NCBI GenBank assembly: GCA_002269645.1
Contig: NIVC01002394.1
Location: 62,001-126,000, forward strand
Length of the DNA: 64,000 nt
Source of the DNA: Macrostomum lignano
Lineage: Eukaryota
Reading direction: 5' to 3'
The translations under genes were made by a program, and so were the position numbers. The notes under the pieces were generated by a model. It worked only from the letters and a program-made list of their open reading frames with translations, was not told the origin of the DNA and did not search any database. Positions 1 through 10,244 of this stretch are shown one piece after another (position 1 is the stretch's first letter; each line of letters opens with the position of its first letter).

Positions 1-148
1 GATCACTTGAGAGTCAGACAGAGATCACTTGAGAGTCAGACAGAGATTGCTAGAGAGTCAGGTACAGATTGCTAGAGAGTCAGACAGAGATCACTTGAGA
101 GTCAGACAGAGATCACTTGAGAGTCAGACAGAGATTGCTAGAGAGTCA
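1..148. repeat. 22-bp minisatellite (gatcacttgagagtcagacaga / gattgctagagagtcagacaga), runs off the window start
   Basis: Two variant units alternate in direct tandem from base 1. Confidence 0.9.
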
Positions 149-360
149 GCTGGGGACTATTCTTGATCTAGTAAAGAGGATATTGTTATTTTTAAAAGCT
201 GCGTCATTTCCACTGTGCACGCACACTCCGCGGGGGGGGCGAACCGCAGGGTCCCCAGCCCCCCTCCCTAAACCCCCGGCGCCCGTGCTAAATGAACAGC
301 AGTGTATATTTTCACTGGCTGTGTGAGCGCGGCCTTCAACCGCACACAGGAAGGGCACAG

Positions 361-427
361 GAGGGGTTGGCGCTGACCAAGTACTCGCTCATTGGCTCCA
401 AGCTGTACTCGCCCGCCGGGCAGTGCA
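361..427 (+). CDS. Isolated 67-nt candidate coding exon of an unidentified gene (EGLALTKYSLIGSKLYSPAGQC)
   Basis: cacag acceptor at 356-360 and gtaagt donor at 428. 21 of 22 codons end in G/C in this frame. Confidence 0.5.
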
Positions 428-605
428 GTAAGTATTTCCGAACAGGCTTCCAGGCTAGATAAAGCGCACTCTTTTAAATGCAACCCAAATTTTTCCGCCA
501 GCCTTCAATAAGTCAGGGGCAGTGCAGTTGAAAAATTATTTTTAAAAACACACAGTCACGAAACTTACAGCCGCCCGCAGCACCGATGCCACACAAGCTG
601 GGACA

Positions 606-3600
606 ATGCTACTGGCCAATGCGATGACGCCACTGCTGCTGCTCCTGTTGATTCTGCCAGCCAGAGCTACGGACCTGAAGATATGCAAGTCTGTCGAGCT
701 CACACAGGGCAACTTTGAGCAGCATAGAAACACTGGCAGGCTGTACAGGGAGCTCAAAGCCCGGGTCAGCAACTGCCAGTACATACACGGCGACCTCACC
801 ATCAAGAACATCGGCGTGAACCTCATGAACGAGGCACTGCTGCTGGACACGGAGGTGCGCAACATGAGCACCGACTTTCTGGACTCCATCGAGGAGATCA
901 GCGGCCGCCTGCTCGTGTTCCGCGTCAACCTTCGCGTGCTCCGCCTGGCCAGTCTCAGGGCTATCCGCGGCTACAACCAGTTGGGCGAGTCGCCCTACTA
1001 CCCGCTAGAGATTCGCCAGTCGCCCTATCCCATGCAGCTGCAGCTGCCCAGCCTCGGCGCCATCCTGCAGGGCTCTGTGCTGCTCAGCGGCGAGCTGCAC
1101 GAGATTCTCTACTGCCACCTGACCCGCAGCGTCGCCTGGAACGAGCTGTTTAAATCGGCCAGCCAGAGACTGCAGGACCGCGTCACCGCGGTGGCTCCAG
1201 TGGGGAACTACAGCTCTGAGGTCCGGTTGAACACGTCCGATGCCTGTCTGTCGGGCGATCCGCAGCTGAACTGCCACGGAAGCTGCAAACTGGACGTCGA
1301 CAGAGGCCAACGCATCTGCTGGTCTGCCGGGCCCAACGGCTGTCAAAGCTCCAGTCGGTGCAGCAGCGACCACAGCGGCTGCGGCTCCTGCTTCCAGGAT
1401 GCTGGCAGGGAGGCCTGCTGCGACAGCTACTGCCTCGGCGGCTGCAGCTCACGTGGACGCAGCGCCTGCTTCTCCTGCCGAGACGTCAGCCGCGATGGCA
1501 AGTGCGAAAACGCCTGCCCGACGGACTACGACCCGGGCAAGGGCGTCATCGTGAGCCGCAACGACAGCACCCTGCAGGTTGGCAACATCTGCGTCCGGAC
1601 CTGCCCGCCCGGCTTCCAAGAGAGCTCGGACAGCCGGTTCTGCCTGTCCGAGTGTCCGGTCCAGGTGCCCGGAGACGATCGGCGACGCGGCGAATTGCCA
1701 GTCAACGGAATCTGCCGGCCCTGCGAGCGAGCAGCCGACTGCAGAGCCTGCCGTCTGTCGGCGGCGATCTTTACGGACGCCGAGGCTGACCGCCTGCGGG
1801 CTGACGGCTGTCCCGTCTGGCAGGCCTCCGAGCTGCAGCCGATGCTGGACGTCGACCCTCAGAGGCTCAGCAACGCAAGCCTGCAAGTTCTCGGTCAGCT
1901 GCGCTACCTGTACGGTAACTTTGTGGTGAAGAGAGTCAAGGGCAGCCTGGACTTCCTGACCAACCTCACCTTTGTATCGGGCAACCTGGGCCTCATGATG
2001 ACAAACACTCCTTACCTGGGCCTGGCGTCGTTGCAGAGCGCCAAAGCTGTGACGCTGTTCCGGGTGAGCGGCCTGTGCCAGGCCTGGTACCCGGCAGAGC
2101 GAATCAACAAGCTGCGGGAAAGGTCAGCGCTTCTGATGCATTTTGTTCAGAACGTATTAAAAAGCCAAACGCTTAAATTGACCCCTCATAGTGAGCCTAA
2201 AGTAAATTTAATTGTACGAGCATATATTAATACTAGCATAATAACTAGATGTATCGCACAATACGAGCGTACGTTTGTGAAAAAGTGGAGCGTCTACTCT
2301 TTGTTCAGTAGTATGTCTGCGCAGTGTCATTTAAATTCAATGTGGCAGCAAAAATTTCTTTTCCTTCCTCTGGTTTTTGTGGTCTGGGGTAAGAAATAAT
2401 TCGATGTAGGGGGCAGAAAGACTGGCTCAGCCAATGAGAGAGCAGTAAGGAGAGAGGTCAAAGTTAGACGGACGAAAGAAACTCAGTTTAGGGGTCTGGC
2501 CCAATCTGGCTCAGCCAATGAGAGAGCAGTAAGAAGAGAGGTCAAAGTTAGGCACAAGAGGGCCAAGAGGAAAGCAAATCGGCTTAGCTGGGGGCTGGGG
2601 TGCCACCCCTTTTCTCTCTCACTCGCTACGCAACACGCACTGGATTTTGGGGCTTTCAGGTTTTCCTGCAATTTTCAGACCTAAGTTCATTTCTTTTTTA
2701 AATAATTTCGAGTCTGGGACAGTCTGGAGTTGATAAAGCATGATTAAGATGCTAATTTAATGGGTCTGATTGGTCAGAAGCCAGAAGCGATTGTTGCAGC
2801 CTGTAAAATATTGTAAAATTTATTAGATTTATAATTTAAACTGCAAACTGCAAATTGAGCAGAATTTAACCCTTTGAGCTAAAAAGAGGTCAGACATTAT
2901 GAGTTCGAGCTGATCAATCAAGCAGCACATTAAAGGACAAAAAAGATGGGACAGAAGACCATGCATGGCTTAGAAAAAAGAGCACACGGCGCCCCATGTT
3001 GCTGACGCCCCTTGGTGCTGGCGCCCCTTTGGTGCTAAAGCCCTTGGTCAGCGCCCGACGGCGCTCATCAAAATTGTAGTCATATTGAATCCGAATCGCA
3101 CTGCCCCATTCCCGCAGGTTCGAAATCTCCGAAATAAATGTCAGCTTCGACAACACCAGCGCCGAGTGCGCGAAGGCCGCCTGTCATCCTCAGTGCACCG
3201 GCGGCTGCTGGGGCCCCGGACGCCGGCTCTGCGTCGCCTGCCTTCGCTACCGCGTCAACGACAGCTGCTACGCCGATTGTAAAGAGGCGCACCGGTTTGC
3301 CTGGAATGCCACAGCCTGCGGCGCCGCCTGCCACGCCGAGTGCAAAATCGGCTTCGGGTGCAGCGGCCCTGGCCCGGCCGACTGCGTCAGCTGCCGCCGG
3401 TTCAACGAGAGCGGCGTCTGCGTGTCCGAGTGCAGCCGCGGCCACCGGCCGGACTCGAACGGTCGGTGCTACTCTGTGATGGTGGCGGTTGGAATCTGCC
3501 TCGGTGTCGGGCTGCTGCTGCTGCTGACGGCCTCGCTGCCCCTGGCTGTGCTGTACTATCGCAGGCGCATCACCCGCTACGAGGCCGTAGACCTGGACGA

Positions 3601-6600
3601 GTACCTTCGCGATGCCAGCAATCCGAGTGACATGGTCAAGCTGCTCATCGTTAACGACGACGACGTGTCAAAGCAGCGGGTGATTGGCACCGGCGCCTTT
3701 GGTACCGTCTTCAAGGTGAGTTGGCAAACGCAAGACCGAGAGTGACAAGAGTGACAAGAGTGACGAGAGTGACGAGAGTGACAAGAGTGACGAGAGTGAC
3801 GAGAGTGACGAAAGTGACAAGAGTGACAAGAGTGATAAAAGTGACAGGAGTGACAAGAGTGACAGAAGTGACAAGAGTGACAAGAGTGATAAAAGTGACA
3901 GGAGTGACAAGAGTGATAAGTGACAAGAGTGACAGAGTGAGAGAGTGACAGAGTGGCATAGTGACAGAGTGACAGAGTGACGAAGTGGCATCGTGACAGA
4001 GTGACAAGAGTGACAAAAATGACAGAGTGACAGAGTGACAGAGTGGCATAGTGACAGAATGACAAGAGTGACAAGAGTGACAAGAGTGACATAGCGACAT
4101 TGTGACATAATTACAGAATGGCAGAGTATTAACTTAGTGGATTAGTTAGTTAGACATGAATAGATAATCTTAGATGTGCTTGATTGATAGACACCATAGA
4201 TCATATATTACCAATATATACAATATACAATATATTATAGACACCAACTAACGATTTGGCAGCTTTATGATGCAATGCGTACTCGTATTTCACATAGACA
4301 TGACAGAATAAACACGTGACGGAGTTAAGATTATGATCTTGGATGAAAGCCCTTGAGCCGCGAGTACTGCATCCTGACGCGATAGCGATTTTGGGTTTGG
4401 ATAGATAAGGTGAAAATCAGTCTATGACCTCGATACGTACGTAGCACAATAAAGTGACTAATTGCATATGTGCGTCGCGAGAAGGTGACGATTCGTTGAT
4501 TTATTGCTTAATCAAGCGGTTGGCCATAAAACAGCGGAGAAACAGATTCGAAATAGAGAGCACAAAGTGCACTCATAACTCACAATTATTGTTTATGAAC
4601 TGCAGCGCCCCGTGCCAGCCTAGCAGCGAGAGGAAATATATCGATACTCGTAGTTGCACTACCAGCTATTGTTTTTACTAAAACGAGGGCAATGGCTGTA
4701 TATTATTATTTATCAAGGGTTTTAAAGTGCATAATAGAGAACAATAGGTACTGAGGGTACACTGGGGATAGAGAAATCGGTCGGAACTGAGTGTACACTG
4801 GGGATAGAGAAATCGGTCGGAACTGAGTGTACACTGGGGATAGAGAAATCGGTCGGAACTGAGTGTACAGTGGGGATAGAAATCGGTCGGAACTGAGTGT
4901 ACACTGGGGATAGAGAAATCGGTCGGAACTGAGTGTACACTGGGGATAGAAATCGGTCGGAACTGAGTGTACACTGGGGATATAGAAATCGGTCGGAACT
5001 GAGTGTACACTGGGGATAGAGAAGTCGGTCGGAACTGAGTGTACACTGGGGATAGAGAAATCGGTCGGAACTGAGTGTACACTGGGGATAGAGAAATCGG
5101 TCGGAACTGAGTGTACACTGGGGATAGAGAAATCGGTCGGAACTCAGTGTACACTGGGGATAGAGAAATTGGTCGGAACTGAGTGTACACTGGGGATATA
5201 GAAATCGGTCGGAACTGAGTGTACACTGGGGATAGAGAAATCGGTCGGAACTGAGTGTACACTGGGGATAGAGAAATCGATCGGAACTGAGTGTACAATG
5301 GGGATAGAGAAATCGGTCGGGACTGAGTGTACACTGGGGATAGAGAAATCGGTCGGAACTGAGTGTACACTGGGGATAGAGAAATCGGTCGGAACTGAGT
5401 GTACACTGGGGATAGAGAAATCGATCGGAACTGAGTGTACAATGGGGATAGAGAAATCGGTCGGGACTGAGTGTACACTGGGGATAGAGAAATCGGTCGG
5501 AACTGAGTGTACACTGGGGATAGAGAAATCGGTCGGAACTGAGTGTACACTGGGGATAGAGAAATCGGTCGGAACTGAGTGTACACTGGGGATAGAGAAA
5601 TCGGTCGGAACTGAGGGTACACTGGGGATAGAGAAATCGGTCGGGATTGAGTGTACACTGGGGATAGAGAAATCGGTCGAAACTGAGTGTAGGGGATAGA
5701 GAAATTGTTCGGAACTGAGTGTACACTGGGGATAGAGAAATCGGTCGAGTTTATTTGAATACATGAATGTACAAACAGTCCCACCCTCTTCACCCAATTA
5801 CAGGGCATGCTGCGCTCGCACGGCCGCGAATTGCCCGTGGCAGTTAAGGTGCTGCGCGGCCGTAGTCCCAAGCTGGGCCAGGAGCTGCTCAAAGAGGCCG
5901 GCGTGCTGGCCCGGGTTCGACACCCGTGCTGCATCCGACTGGTGGCGCTGTGCCTCACCCAGGTGCGTTGTTAATTGACCTTTCCAAACGGATACTGTAT
6001 GAAGGCACACGCTCACACAAGGTGTACAGCGGTCCTCATCGTCAGTCATGTAGACTCTCTGTGCCTTGGGGTGTTGACCCTCGAGGGGGAGAATCTCACG
6101 ACAAGCCCCCGCCCCCAGGCCAGTTTCCGAGCAGAAGCCTCAAACTAAAGCAGCTTCGCACAGAATCGAACCCGCGTTGCAGTTGAAGAATTCGAATGAG
6201 TTGATTTGATTCTCAAGCCCCCCCCCCCGAAAACCATGCCGACGCCAGGAGCCGCAGCTCATCACGGCGCTGATGCCGCGCGGCTGCCTGCTGGATTTTG
6301 TGCGCGAAAGGCGCCGCCGGATTGGCGCCAACAGAATGCTGCACTGGGCGCTTCAGGTGGCCGAAGGCATGGCGTACCTGCAGTCGGAGGGCATTGTGCA
6401 CAGAGACCTGGCTGCTAGGAATGTCCTGCTGCAGACGCCAGATCAGGTGAGTCATGCGTGCTCTCGTGACTAATAATTATCTTAATAACCATTTTTACCT
6501 GTGAGCAATTCTCTTACACACCTATGTATACTCAAACCCGCCCCTATGTACCCACCACAATCAACACACCATCATCTGCCCCAATGTACACCCACCATCT

Positions 6601-7726
6601 GCCCCAATGTACACCCATCATCTGCCCCCAATGTACACCCACCATCTTCCCCAATATACACCCACCATCTACCCCAATGTACACCCATCATCTAACCCAA
6701 TGTACACCCACCATCTACCCCAATGTACACCCACCATCTACCCCAATGTACACCTACCATCTACCCCAATGTACACTCATCATCTAACCCAATGTACACC
6801 CACCATCTACCCCAATGTACACCCACCATCTGCCCCAATGTACATCCACCATCTGCCCCAATGTACACCCACTATCTACCCCAAAGCACACCCACCGTCT
6901 ACCCCAAACTATAACCCGCCACCCGCCCAAAATCGCACTCCAGGTGCGCATCACGGACTTCGGCCTGGCCCGCCTGTTGAACATCAGCGAGCGCGATTTC
7001 GCCAGCCGTGGCGGCCTGCTGCCCATGAAGTGGCTCGGGCTCGAGTGCATCGAGTCCGGCCTGTTCAGCCACCAGTCGGACGTGTGGAGCTACGGCGTGC
7101 TGCTGTGGGAGGTCTGCACCTTCGGCGAGTCGCCCTACTGCCAATACGGCATCCGCAGCGCAGAGGACATGCTGGGCCTGCTGCGCAAGGGCATCCGGCT
7201 CGGCCAGCCCGACGTCTGCAGCGTGGACTTCTATAACATCCTGCTGAGCTGCTGGCTGCCGTTCCCGGAGTCGCGGCCCTCCTTCTCGGACCTGACGGAC
7301 ACCATGAAGGACTGTCTGAAGGCTCCCGAGAAGTACATCGCTTACAATGCCGCCGGCACCAGAGAGGCTGGAGGAGCCACGGTAGCCGCCAGCGTCAACG
7401 AAAGTGATGGTGATGGCGAAGGCGACGGCGAAGGCGAGACGGAGACAACTATGGCCGCCACCGTCGTAGCCGCGGACGCGGACGTCGGAAACAACGGCGA
7501 TTCCGCCAACGCGTACATCACGGATCCGGTGGAGAAGCGAGCGCTGCTGGAGCCGGAGCTCCGCGATCCACCGGCGGGTGAACAGTGCGACGATGACGAC
7601 GGCTACTTGGTGCCGTGCTCAGGGGGCCAGCCGATGCAGCCCATGTCGCAGCAGCAGCAGCAGCACGCGGCCGACTGCGACAGCGATCCATGCGCCAGCA
7701 GCTGCCTGTTGCCCAAGCGAAAGTGA
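606..7726 (+). CDS. EGFR: EGFR/ErbB-family receptor tyrosine kinase, ~1084 aa; coding exons 606-2122, 3118-3715, 5804-5962, 6249-6446, 6944-7726
   Basis: Signal peptide, L domain, furin-like Cys-rich region, second L-like region, second Cys-rich region (CHPQCTGGCWGPG), TM helix (VMVAVGICLGVGLLLLL), then kinase motifs GTGAFG, VAVK, HRDLAARN, DFG, PMKWLGLE, SDVWSYG. Tail motif DDDDGYLVP. All introns are GT-AG with consistent phases (2,0,0,0); total 3255 nt. AATAAA at 7750-7755. Confidence 0.95.
2424..2551. repeat. Short direct duplication (~43 bp) in EGFR intron 1 containing a CCAAT motif
   Basis: ggctcagccaatgagagagcagtaag(g/a)agagaggtcaaagttag occurs at ~2424 and ~2509. Confidence 0.8.
3738..4107. 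repeat. 7-9-bp microsatellite (agtgaca[ag]) in EGFR intron 2
   Basis: Tandem agtgacaag/agtgacag units start ~22 nt after the donor at 3716. Confidence 0.95.
4750..5747. repeat. 36-bp minisatellite, ~28 copies, EGFR intron 2
   Basis: Unit actgagtgtacactggggatagagaaatcggtcgga. Units are contiguous with no spacers. Confidence 0.97.
6100..6190 (-). mobile_element. tRNA-derived SINE-like fragment
   Basis: Minus-strand B-box-like GGGTTCGATTC at ~6164-6174. Adjacent aatctcacgacaagccccc resembles aatcgcacgacagccccc at ~57696. Confidence 0.35.
6540..6905. repeat. 23-bp minisatellite (ccccaatgtacacccaccatct[a/g]) in EGFR intron 4
   Basis: About 16 direct tandem copies. Confidence 0.95.
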
Positions 7727-7962
7727 AATTCTGTTCGTTCCGATTCTGCAATAAACAGTTTATCTTATGAAGCCAGTGCAATTGCCGCTTTCACATCATT
7801 CACTGAGTCTCTCCTTCAATGTTTTCAGCGCACTTGGCTCGAACATTAACAGTTCCTATGTGTACTTTTTATTGTGTTCTTTATTTGCGCTTCGATCTTC
7901 TGTCTGATAATCAGCTTGATAATTATTACCCCTCCCTAACTTCAAGCCCTCCTTAAGGGAGT

Positions 7963-8657
7963 GGGTACACACCCAGCCCCAGCTAGCAGCACCCTCTCCC
8001 CAATGTACACACCCACCCCAGCTAGCAGCACCCTCTCCCCAATGTACACACCAGCCCCAGCTAGCAGCACCCTCTCCCCAATGTACACACCCACCCCAGC
8101 TAGCAGCACCCTCTCTTCAATGTACACACCCAGCCCCAGCTAGCAGCACCCTCTCCCCAATGTACACACCAGCCCCAGCTAGCAGCACCCTCTCCCCAAT
8201 GTACACACCCACCCCAGCTAGCAGCACCCTCTCCCCAATGTACACACCCACCCCAGCTAGCAGCACCCTCTCTTCAATGTACACACCCAGCCCCAGCTAG
8301 CAGCACCTTCTCTCCAATGTACACACCAGCCCCAGCTAGCAGCACCCTCTCCCCAATGTACACACCCACCCCAGCTAGCAGCACTCTCTCTCCAATGTAC
8401 ACACCCACCCCAGCTAGCAGCACCCTCTCCCCAATGTACACACCCAGCCCCAACTAGTAGCACCCTCTCTCCAATGTACACACCCACCCCAGCTAGCAGC
8501 ACCCTCTCTTCAATGTGCACACCCACCCCAGCTAGCAGCACCCTCTCTTCAATGTGCACACCCACCCCAGCTAGCAGCACCCTCTCTCCAATGTACACAC
8601 CCAGCCCGAGCAAGCAGCACCCCTCCCCAATGTACATACCCAGCTAGCAGCACCCTC
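7963..8657. repeat. 38-39-bp minisatellite (ccccagctagcagcaccctctccccaatgtacacaccca)
   Basis: About 18 direct tandem copies downstream of EGFR. Confidence 0.95.
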
Positions 8658-9113
8658 CTTTGAGGAACCTTCGTCCACAATTTCCATTCGGCAATTTGAA
8701 AGTTAATGCGCTTCTCTTCTACTTGTAATCGTAATCAAGCACTTGCTTTGCTTTCTCACTACATTTCTCACCAAGTCTGAGATCGAGCAGTTGTTTTTGC
8801 CTAACGCGATAAGACTATTAAACATGGCTTACATATTAACTGTAAACTGCTTATTTTTTATTCAACGTCTTCATTCTAATTTCCTTTCTGTCAAGCTTTG
8901 AAATTACAAAAATTACATTTTTCGAAGTTACGAGAGTTTTTTCGTCCTATCAGCTTCTCGAACAGTGGCCTCGGTATTTTTTTCTTATTGCCAGTTTATT
9001 ATCAACAATTCCATTTAATGAAGATTTCGCGAAACCAGTTTAGTGCTTGGAATGCTTAGGATGCCTGTTTTCTGCTCATAATGCCATTTTTGGTGTACAG
9101 GATGAAAGTTAAA

Positions 9114-9511
9114 GAATCCCAATGCCAGTTTAACAATCCTAATGCCAATTTAACAATCCCAATACCAGTTTAACAATCCTAATGCCAGTTTAACAATCCC
9201 AATGCCAGTTTAAAAACTCCAATGCCAGTTTAACAACCTCAATGCCAGTTTAACAACCTCAATGCCAGTTTAACATCTCCAATGCCAGTTTAACAACCTC
9301 AATGCCAGTTTAACAACCTCAATGCCAGTTTAACAACCCCAATTCCAGTTTAACAATCCCAATGCCAGTTTAACAACCCCAATGCCAGTTTAACAACCCC
9401 AATGCCAGTTTAACAACCCCAATGCCAGTTTAACAACCTCAATGCCAGTTTAACAATCTCAATGCCAGTTTAACAATCCCAATGCCAGTTTAACAATCCC
9501 AATGCCAATTT
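9114..9511. repeat. 20-bp minisatellite (aatgccagtttaacaacccc)
   Basis: About 20 direct tandem copies. Confidence 0.95.
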
Positions 9512-9991
9512 ACCCGCATGTTAGCTGCAACAAGTATCCATTTCCACAAGATGAAAGTTCATAGAATTTATAACTAAAATTTAACTATAAATTAATCATC
9601 CATACTTTTACATACGTTTAGCTCGATAAAATATAATCGCATGCATATGCTTAGCCAAGAGCAAGACAGATGCGCTGCCCCGAACTCATCCATCCTCGCT
9701 CGGTCATTAATCTGACGTTTCTGGATCCGCCGGGCTTACTCTCTGATACAGGCTCTGCGTGCGAACTCGCCATTCATCAGTTGTCTGCATCTGCGAGCGC
9801 ACCATGCTGGCATTAATAAAGTTGCCAATACTGAGGGTGTACCGCTCGTACTGCCATAATTACCGGCTGTTGTTGCTATGCTAACCTCTTAGTTCATGTG
9901 CCATGCTGACTACTTACTGTTTGGCTGTCAGTAGCTAAGTCAGAGTTTTTAATCGCCTCTAATCTCAGATCCTCACAGATCCTAACAAATC

Positions 9992-10167
9992 GGGTCTATG
10001 TGAATTTAGTAACCGTAATTTATGTAAACCGTGAATTTAGTAACCGTAATTTATGTAAACCGTGAATTTAGTAACCGTAATTTATGTAAACCGTGAATTT
10101 AGTAACGCTGGAATTTACGTTCAATTCTTAAATTCTTAAAAATAAACGTTACTAAATTCAACGGCTC
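9992..10167. mobile_element. 176-bp MITE-like insertion with an 11-bp direct repeat at its flanks
   Basis: cctaacaaatc at 9981-9991 and 10168-10178. Imperfect inverted ends (tgaatttagtaac ... gttactaaattca). Internal ~31-bp tandem triplication. Confidence 0.6.
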
Positions 10168-10244
10168 CCTAACAAATCTTTATAGATTAATTGATAATTA
10201 TTACCCCTCTCTATCTCAAGCCCTCCTTAAAGGGAGTGGGTACA

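Noticed and set aside
225-290. GC-rich stretch resembling a MITE terminus (also ~2985-3062 and ~19440-19620)
   Set aside because: No matching opposite end or TSD was found.
2123-2399. C-terminal ~90 aa of the 597-aa ORF at 606-2399
   Set aside because: Read-through into intron 1. The EGFR frame continues via donor 2123 to acceptor 3117.
4678-5958. Long ORFs (426, 334, 217 and 133 aa) over the 36-bp array; spacing superficially CRISPR-like
   Set aside because: Units are contiguous with no unique spacers and no cas genes. The frames stay open only because the unit is a multiple of 3.
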